Source of the DNA: Pocillopora damicornis
Lineage: Eukaryota
Assembly (NCBI RefSeq): GCF_003704095.1
Contig: NW_020844152.1
Span: 62,001 to 126,000, forward strand
Reading direction: 5' to 3'
Length of the DNA stretch: 64,000 nt
The notes under the pieces were generated by a model. That model made no database searches. It worked only from the letters and a program-made list of their open reading frames with translations, and had not been told where the DNA came from. Positions 54,978 through 64,000 of the stretch are shown piece after piece. The position numbers were made by a program, and so were the translations under genes. Each line of letters starts with the position of its first letter. Position 1 is the first letter of the stretch.

Positions 54978-57069
54978 ATGATATCCCTGGACCACAGCTG
55001 GATCGTATTGCTCTCTGTGTTTGTTGTTGTTTTTTCAAGTCTTATTCTCTTTTACCGTCGACAACTTGACTTCCAAAGAGACAAAAGGTCCGAATTTGAC
55101 GGGAAAAGTGTCCTTGTGGTCACTGCTCACCCAGATGATGAATGCATGTTCTTTTCGCCCACCATTATAAATCTCCAGCGATTAAGCAAGGTTCATCTAT
55201 TGTGCCTTTCGACTGGTATGTGTGTCGAGGCTGACCTTTATATTATGACATAGCCAAGTAATATTGTAGATAAGTGCAAAAGCAAGTATATGCCTTTCCT
55301 CCTTAGTTTATAACTCTACCCACCCTCCTCCCCCTGGGGAAAAATTTACTTTTCAAGGGTGGGTGGGTACTCTTGTTATAACACATACATTACCACCCCT
55401 CCCCATATGAGACTTATTGTTAATTCTACTTTAACTTAGATACTGTGTGTACTTGAACTCTTTGTGTCCATTGTGTATGTACACGATAGGTAACTTTTAC
55501 AAACAAGGAAGTATTCGGAAAGAGGAGTTATTGTCAAGCTGTAGCATTTTAGGGATTCCACCGAAGCATGTCACTGTTATTAATCATGGGTAAGTCTTTA
55601 AATATGTTTGTGTGAACTTAATTTAATTTACAAGCAAGAGATAGCAAGTTCTGTGACAAGCAGTGAAGCTAAGTGGCCCATTTTTACCAGCAGTTAGTTG
55701 AAAATCATTCCAAACTGAGTTTTAATAAACTGTGAATCTCTTTTTATACTTAAATTATTATTACTCTTTTAGTGACCTTCCTGATGATCCTAAAGCAGAT
55801 TGGGACACTCAGATTGGAGGACAAATAATCACTGAATATATCAAACACAACCAGATTCAAGTGGTAAGACATTCTGTTTACTCAAATGTTAAAACTCTTT
55901 CACCCCTGAGATCTGAATCATTATCCTCCCTTCCAGCTGCAATGCATTCCCTTGTTAAAAAAGTCTAGAGAATTTGGTGTTGCATCTGGAAAAATGCCTC
56001 CAGCTGATAAGTTCGTCAAATTCTTATCAACTGTTACTGGATAGTATATTGAAATTGTAACAAGAACTTATTTGCTGATCACTTTTAAGAGATAATTGTT
56101 AAAAAAAGTACTAATACGTTCATGATGAGAAAATCATCATTCGTCCTATGTACAGGTTCAACCACTTTCTTGGAACTGAGCCATTAAAAAATAATAACAA
56201 TACAAAAGATATTTGTTTCCATTTTCTTGGTTGTTGTGTTAATTACGTTTGTATTTTTGTATTACACTGCAGGTCATAACCTTTGACTCTTATGGAGTAT
56301 CTGGCCATACAAACCATATTGCTATCTTCAAAGCAATAAAAATACTTCAAACTGAAGAACTCCTTGGAGATGTTAATTGTTATGTGCTCACAAGTGTTGG
56401 GATTTTGAGAAAGTACATCTCACTCTTTGATCTTCCACTAAGTGTTTTTTCACAGTAAGTAACCAATAAGAGAAACTATATATACTTTTGAAGTTCTGGG
56501 TTATGGCCACATTACCTCCTTTTCTGCAGTATGGTGCAATTTACCGATTTCAGAGAAAATATTTTTAGCCTTTAACCCCTTACACCCCAACATCAATGTG
56601 TAAATTCTCCTTACTGTTCCATGGTGATGACAAAGAGAATTTGTTCAACATTGAGTTTCTTCAGTTGTTTATCATTCCCTTTTTTCCTGTAACTCTTCTG
56701 TTTGTTTCAGGGGTGATATTGTAAGGAGAAATTAGACACTAGTCACTCTTAGGGATTAAAAGGTTCAAGAAGGATGTAGGATGCTGGAAAACTAAATTTT
56801 TTGGTTCATTTGATTCCTTCTCCTTCAGGCAGATGTTTCTCCTTAGTCCTCAGGATATGATTTTAGCCCAGGTTAGATCTTTTAAAGGATTTTAAATTAA
56901 ACTAAATTTCTCACTCATGTTTTGTATAACTTGTTGTTTATTTCGGAATAAATGTTTCTGTCAACAGAAGGCCATGTATGCTCACAAAAGTCAGTTGCTG
57001 TGGTTTCGGAGGCTGTACATCATATTTTCCAGATTTATGCTGATAAATACAATTGAAGAACTGAAATAA
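54978..57069 (+). CDS. PIGL: GlcNAc-PI de-N-acetylase
   Basis: N-terminal TM segment, [40 protein letters not shown]; six exons. Confidence 0.95.
56572..56768. mobile_element. TTAA-type MITE (third subfamily)
   Basis: TTAACCCCTTACACCCC ... AGTCACTCTTAGGGATTAAAAGG. Confidence 0.65.
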
Positions 57070-57546
57070 GATAGCTCCAAAGAGATGATTCAGCAGTGCT
57101 ACCAAGACACTCAGCAGTCTCAGATAATCACTGAGAGTGATCAAGATCTCAATATTCTCTTGAACAAAGTATGTCATGATATAAGAATAAAGATCAAGTC
57201 ATAAAGTATAGTGGCTCATAACTGGCTGGCATTTTCTCCTCAGTGGATTGTTGTTCACATCACAGTCAGACAGTCCCCAGCAGTTTTTTTTAAGTTTCCT
57301 TGCCCTTGGTCAGGGCTCGGATGTAAACCTCTCAATCCAGAGTCATTGGCCTAGCTTTTCAAAGGGCAGAAAATGCTATCCAATGGATAAATCAATAAAT
57401 ACTAATTAAGTGTTAACAAAATGCAAACATTGCTGCTTTTCACAACAAGGACACCTTCAGCCTCACCTCCCCTCAAAGGCTGGGCAACTAATTACAACTG
57501 TAAAATGGCCTATTGAGAAAGATAGCTTTAAACTGCCCTTTTCTAG

Positions 57547-58166
57547 TCACCACTTCAAAATCTTTTTATTTTTTCTTTTCTTGTTGCCAAGCCTTTTCAA
57601 ATTATTTGTCTTGTTGATTCTCTTGAGGGCTTTCTTTGTGAGCTTTTTCTGAGGTCCATCTTCTGTTGTCATCACAACATCCTCAGTACCCTGTTCTGTT
57701 GATGTGGAAACACACACAAGAAGAGTTAATAACTTGTTCCTTCTGACTTGTCGTTCAGATTTTAATGCATACGTACATAGACAGTAAACATTTTAGCCTT
57801 ATGTTGTAACATAATCATAAGATTTGGATCTCACATAATGCGAGATGTCAAAAAGAGCTCAAAATTTTCCTCTCTGTAACATTCTGTATGAAATGAAGAA
57901 CATTTAAACTGATTTAGATGTGGTTTAGTTGTATCATTCAGTGTATCATACTCACCTGCAGCTGCGTTATTCATGATCATTGAGTCTTCCTTATCAAATG
58001 TTTCTACTTCACTTTTGTTCTCTTCGTCTTTTTGTATGTCAACGAGCATCTCCTTGTCACTTAGCCCAAGTGTCTTCTCAAGCTGCGCTTTTACCCTTGG
58101 TTTTAACTGTTCTCTTCTCTGAGCTCGAAGTTTTCTTTTCCTTTTAGACCGAATGCTTTTCGCCAT
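57547..58166 (-). CDS. LLPH: LLP homolog (small basic nucleolar protein)
   Basis: N-terminal MAKSIRSKRKRKLRA; two exons (58166-57956, ~57696-57547); Lys-rich C-terminus ending KILKW*. Confidence 0.85.
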
Positions 58167-58284
58167 CTTGTTGCAAAACACACGTGTGCGCGGTGCGAGA
58201 CTTGGTACCGAGGTTATGAATTTAGTGTTTTGTGTATGAGGTTTGACGTGTACCCACCGAAATGCAAATCACGGGCTATCCAAG

Positions 58285-61200
58285 ATGGCGCTAGCTGCCA
58301 AAACTGCTAGGTTAGCTCTAGGAAGAACCATAATTGATGCGCAATACCTGGCGGACAGTGTGCTTTTCATGAATAGTAAGTATGAGATAAATAGCTGTAA
58401 AATATCTCTTCATTTCAATTTGGAGTTAGTTTTGTACTAAGAAGTACTCTATAATTCAGTGCTATAGAGATTATACAGGCTGTTGTAGAGGCACGTGCAT
58501 GTAGTTAGGGCTGACTGGTTTGCCAGCTACCTTGTGTTTGCTTTCTTTAATTTTTTACAGGTGAAATTATAGCAATAAACAAACCATATGGACTGCCAGT
58601 ACATTGTAAGTGGACATAACGCTTTCATAGTTCTTAACTTTAACTCCCAGAAGTGACTAGCATGTAACTTGTCCCTATAAAATCTATACATTATCCAGCA
58701 AACAGCTAATTAGAGTACTTCAAATTATCACGCAGAAGTTTTTGTCTTTATCTAACACCAAATTCTTGTAGCGTTTTTTACAAGGAAATGTGCAGCAGCT
58801 AGAGGAGAGAACAATCAGATCTTGAGAGTTTATGGGCTAATGACTTAATTATGATGTATATCGCTTGTGTGTCAAAAAATCTTTGTGTAGAACGCATTGT
58901 TTTGATTTGCTGTTATTTTTCATGAGACTATATGCATTTATAGCAGCAGTTGATCATGACTTCGAATTTGAAGTGGCAAATCTCCTTTAACCCCCCACCC
59001 CTGTCCCCTCTTCTCCTCCCTCATGATCATGGGAAAGGGTCACATAAAGGGAACTACTGATACTTCAAGATTTTTCAGGTATTTGACTAATTAAAAATCC
59101 TTTTTCTTTTTTTACTTTGTTGTTTTGAAGCTGGTCCTGGTGTTAAGATGTGTGTGATGAATATGCTTGATGAATTTACAGAAATAAAAAAGTTGAAGGA
59201 AAGACCAGAGCTTGCACATCGAATTGATAAGTGTGTAACTATATGCAGTTTTCTTACTTTGATGATATTGTATCTGTTTAGTTTTCCAAGGTTCAGGTAA
59301 CTCTTATCAACCCTTTAACTCCCTCAAGTGATTAACATGTAACTTCTCCTTATAACACCTACACATTATCCAGCTAACGTGTAATGAGAATACTCAAACT
59401 TATCAAGAAGAAGTTAGTAGTCTTGATCTAACACAAAATTCTTGTGATTTATTTACAAATGTGTAGTAGCTAGAGGGGAGAATTAAAAATCAGATCTTGG
59501 GAGTTAAAGGGTTAAGTAATAGCTGATAAAGTTTGTATATTACAATGGGAGAGAACCCTATATGGTGGCCAGTTTGAAATTTTAACTTAATTGATTAAAC
59601 TAATTGATTTGGTTGAATGCTCTCTTGGCCAAATAATAATTGTTCCAATCCACAGTGGTCCCACTGAGGGCAACCAAAGACAAAAGATGCATCCATTCAT
59701 GAGTTGTAAGGCTAACTCTGCCAATCCACAAATCCCGTTTCATTTCTTTGAAGAATTTAGTTATCCCTAACACAGTATTTCTTCTACCTGTAAAGAATAA
59801 TTTAAATTTGAAACTAGAAATAAAAAGATTTTGACATAAAATCAAATAGCTCTTATGCCAGTCTCCACGAGCCATTTTCACCTTGAAGCCTTTCTTTCAA
59901 GCTGACAACTGATGAATTTTTATAAGAACTTATTTCTAAAGCAATAAGATCAAAATGATATTCCCTTGAAAACAACATAAGGATAGGAAAGACTTAGGGA
60001 AAATGTAGCTCGAACAAGGTTTGAGGATGAAGTGTGAGCAATTTACATAATCATCAATTCAAGTACACTGATAGGTACATATGATTACTTAATTACAGGG
60101 ATTGCAGTGGAATTCTGTTACTTACCAGGTACTCATTGTTTGCTTATGTTTTTAGAGTGTCAATTTTGTTTAAAAAAAAAGAGAAAAAAAATTAGCGCTT
60201 CTGAGATATGACATGCTTATACACAATCTTGGGATCTTAATCGGTTAAAAAAATATATATAAATTGCCCTTATTTTTAACATTTTGCTATACATAATTTT
60301 TGTTAGTTTTTTTTTCTTCTTCTGCACTGAATGATACTGAAAATCCCAATCAAGGGCAACACACTTGACATATTTATAGCAAATGATTTGTGTACTCTAG
60401 GTCAAGAACTGCAGCCACTAAAGTTGCAGAAATGTTCTCAGACAAAACCATTGGTAAACAATACTGGGCAGTGACTGTTGGAGTTCCGACATTTGAAGAA
60501 GGAGAAATTAACATTCCTATTGGGGAAGCTAAACTTGCTGGAGGATATCGAATTGCCACCAAACAAGACCTGATTGGAAAGTCTTCTGAAGTAAGGCAAA
60601 AATTAAAAGATAAATAAATAAATTAGTTGATCAAAGACAGATTATTTCTGTGCTTTGACTCAAACAGCTTAAAACAACTCAGCATGTCTTTTGCACTTTT
60701 TAAGGACAATCCTAGTAGCAGATGTTCATGGCTTAAGTCTAAGAACTTGTATCAATGGGAGAAACCATACAACTCAAGAGAATAACCTTTTCAAAGTTAT
60801 ACCTTGTCTTAAGAGAAGTTCTTCAGAATTGAGAAGACTGAATACTGAAGAATACTGTTGGTAGTAGCGATGAAGTTCAGGTTTTCATTCTACAATTTTA
60901 GTATAAACTATTTATTTATGTATTTTTTTATTTAGATATTAAGAGCTGCTGGCTTTAAACATGCAAAGACTAAATTCAAAATCTTGGATGCAAATCAGAC
61001 TACATGTGCTCTTTTACAAGTGGAACCAATCACAGGATTAAAGCAGCAAATTAGAGTTCATACAGCAGAAGGACTGAAATGTCCAATATTGGGAGATCAT
61101 AAGTTCTCTTCTGACATTCGACAACCACAGGTATACTAAGTTCAATAATAAGTGGGTAGGGGGAGGCAGATACTATTTTACTTAGAGAGGTTTGTGCCAC

Positions 61201-61859
61201 AGCACTGAGGTATGTATGAAGTTTGGATTTTGAGTGGTTAAAAGGCTATGCAGTTTCATTTGTTAGCATCTTGAATGAAGTATCTGTCCAGACCAGAAAC
61301 ACTGAAAACTTGCAGCAGCCCACCAACCTTTCTTGATCACCCTCCCTCCCTACGCTGTGGGAAACTGTGGTAGGGCATTATTACCAGTCAAGGGGAGTTA
61401 CCATTCTTGTCATATTCAATACTACTGTAAAATGAATAGCTTATGGTATAAATTTGGCAAGATGGCATAATTATGTTTAGTAGCAAGGCAAACAGGTAGT
61501 CCCATTGTTTAACAATCATCATCCTTTTTTTCTCAAAGGTTTTACCTCTGCGTTTACTACAACTTCTTCAAATTCAAGGTGTAAAGAATAAGGAAAACCC
61601 CACAGCAAAAGGAAAAATTAGACAATGGCAAAGAGCACTGATTCCTCTTCACCTACATGCAAGACAATTAACTTTACCCAACTTTTACAAAGGAAGAAAT
61701 ATCATAATAAAAGCTCCTCTACCTGACTATTTTGCAGAAACTCTACACAAATTGAAACTTCATCCAAAGAGAAAAAATATGGTGCAGGCTGAGGATATAA
61801 CAGAGTATAACAGACTGAAGCAGCTTGGAAAGTCAACAAAAAAAATTGTTGGATTTTGA
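58285..61859 (+). CDS. RPUSD4: RluA-family pseudouridine synthase (RPUSD4-like, probably mitochondrial)
   Basis: Seven exons. INKPYGLPVH, catalytic HRIDK-DCSG, KQYWAV, ITGLKQQIRVH, PILGDHK, LHLHARQL. Confidence 0.8.
58634..58840. mobile_element. piggyBac-like MITE (degenerate ends)
   Basis: Internally similar to 23182-23395 and 59307-59515. Confidence 0.75.
59307..59515. mobile_element. piggyBac-like MITE
   Basis: TCAACCCTTTAACTCCC ... GGGAGTTAAAGGGTTAA. Confidence 0.85.
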
Positions 61860-62561
61860 AGAAAACTGATAAGAGGAACCTAGGAATGAATAAAGCCGCA
61901 GTTTCAAGGAGATTCTGTTCCATCTTATCCATGATGCCTGCTTTTCCATGTGCAACATCCCCAAAACATTTGCAGAAAACTTTTCACCATCAAGGCATTT
62001 TTAAACCTTTCCCAATTGAACTAAAATTAAAGGATTCCCTCTCCTTCACCCCTTGAGAAGGGAGTGGCCTTTTAAGATAAAGCAGGTTATTTAAATTGAA
62101 ACTGAAATGTGGTTAATATATTAAGTCTCTTTGACTCATTTATAATTGTCCAAAAAATGAGATAAATTTCTCACAGTTTTTCACTTAAGTCAAACCTATG
62201 CCACATTGCTACAGACATACACAATAAATGTTAATGCTATACTTATTTTCCATACGAAAAGTCTTATTAGTACCACCTTGAAAAGAGGTTCTATCAGAAT
62301 ATATGGCTGGATGACATGGCTGGAAGCTGGTATAAACTACGGTAATTGATATCAAAGTAAAATGGAAAACTGCTCCTAAGAAATTACAGTAGTAGAAAGG
62401 AATTACAGTTTGCTAATATATGTTACCAAGAACTGCAGTGGGTTGACTGGCAGAGTGCCATTTCCAGGTCTGAGAATAACCAGAGGAAAAACTTAAAAGA
62501 TCCATTGAAGTAATAATGCTCAGTAAACTAACATCAAGTACAAACTTGGATGTCTTGTTGT

Positions 62562-63832
62562 CTATTCCACATAATCAAAGTCTTCTGGAATTCCAAAGCT
62601 TTTGTCGATCATTTTCTTTTCCAGCCCAAACTTGCGTTCACACCAGGATTTGATTGTAAACACGTTGTCAGTCCAGCGATTGGTACCTTCCTTCGACATC
62701 AGTGTTTCCTTTTGTAAGTTTTCTAGCACTTCTGGGTCACATTCACGATATCTCTCAAGCTCTTGTTCCAGTTCTTTACAAAGTTTTTCTTTTTGAGTCA
62801 GCTCTTCAAGAATCAAATTTCTTTCATCCTATTTTGCAAAAATGATCCATAAATAATTATCCTCATGAAAGGATGTTTTAAAATTTACTGAGTCTTCCAA
62901 TTTTTTAAAATTCAATTAAATGAAATGAAATTTCATTAGGCCAAACATCTGAGATTGTTTTATTCAAGTGCATAACACAATCAAATAGTAGACAATTACA
63001 GGATAACAAATGAAGTCATAAAAATGCAAGCTACAACCTATTGACCAATAGACAAAAGATTTATAATTTGAGGTCTAATTAGATTGCTAAACAGAAGGTT
63101 GGTGATACTCACAGACTGTTCTCTGCCACTGCCTGCTTGCTTTAGTAGTTTTGTTGTAGAGGCAATTTTCTTTTCACACTCATTGACTTGCTCTGTAAGT
63201 TGTGTCAGTTTTTGTTGTCTCTGGGTTTAAAAAAGGAGTGTAGTTTGGAACTAAACTGTGCAATGGGGGTGCGTGGATGTAAATCTTGGAGTAAGGGGGG
63301 GAAAGGGGAAAAACATCACAACAGGAGCTTGAATGTCAGCAAGCCAGTGACAAGGATAGAGTGGGAGGTATCTCCTAAAAAATTTTGTTAGTACCAGGGA
63401 GAGAAAAGGTAAGAGACAAGAATTGATGATGATGATGATAATAGAGAGGAATGTACCCCTGTCTACCATAACCCTTCTGTTTATTTGGAACTATTTTAAT
63501 CAGTCTCTTGGGGGCCTCTGATATTATACTCTTCACAATATTTCTGATGCCAAATCTATTGTCAACTTACTGTATGTATTGCTTTGCTTGGATAGGCCCA
63601 GAAATAAACAGAGGTACCAATTTTATCAGTATCCACTAGATTGTCATCCACCAAGCTTTGTACAACTTCCTTGACAGACATGGAAGCTTAACAACAACAA
63701 CAAAAAGTTTAACATCAAATCTACAGATGTCAAAGACAACAAAAGACATTTAGATGCACTGCATTTTGACTTACTAATGCCTTTCTCTTTTGGAGCGATT
63801 TTCTCCAACTCCTTGAGTAGAAAAAATTCCTT
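62562..63832 (-). CDS. MND1: Meiotic nuclear division protein 1 (5' end outside the window)
   Basis: [59 protein letters not shown]; four exons visible. Confidence 0.93.
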
Positions 63833-64000
63833 CTGTTGATGTGAAAAAAAAGGAAAGTCTCGGAAACTTGAAGTTTTAAATTGTTAATAATTTTGGAAAC
63901 AAATTATTTTGGTAGATATCAGGAGCCCATTTGTTGCCTAAAGAGTCTACAGCTGTAATCGATCAACCAGATTGAAATATTCTGTAACGAAGCCAGATAA

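Overview
Eukaryotic (animal) genomic DNA: AT-rich, gene-dense, with short GT-AG introns. The repeat families look like those of stony corals/cnidarians (inference). I assembled about 17 protein-coding genes by hand from splice sites and the ORF track: an ankyrin-repeat gene (-), COQ5 (+), two tandem LC8/DYNLL genes (-), SRSF1/9 (+), FBXO21 (+), an MPST-type rhodanese (-), RABL3 (+), TSSC4 (-), LRRC43 (+), ACADS (-), HSCB (+), a small EF-hand gene (+), a Crypton/DUF3504 tyrosine-recombinase-derived gene (-), PIGL (+), LLPH (-), an RPUSD4-like pseudouridine synthase (+) and the 3' part of MND1 (-). Seven pairs are head-to-head across very short shared promoters. Introns carry many ~200-bp TTAA-CCC...GGG-TTAA MITEs and other repeats. 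Most interesting signals: (1) short, partly palindromic retro-type repeats carrying minimal hammerhead-ribozyme cores, one with a 14-bp target-site duplication in a promoter; (2) an intron-containing, apparently catalytically dead Crypton-derived gene; (3) a COQ5-DYNLL-SRSF order and orientation that matches human 12q24; (4) a gene-conversion tract, a shared 17-bp promoter motif and an X-box in the DYNLL pair; (5) a candidate poison exon and 3'-UTR introns in SRSF1; (6) alternative first exons that would toggle N-acylation of the EF-hand protein; (7) a possible three-exon orphan ORF. All exon boundaries were read by eye and need RNA-seq confirmation.
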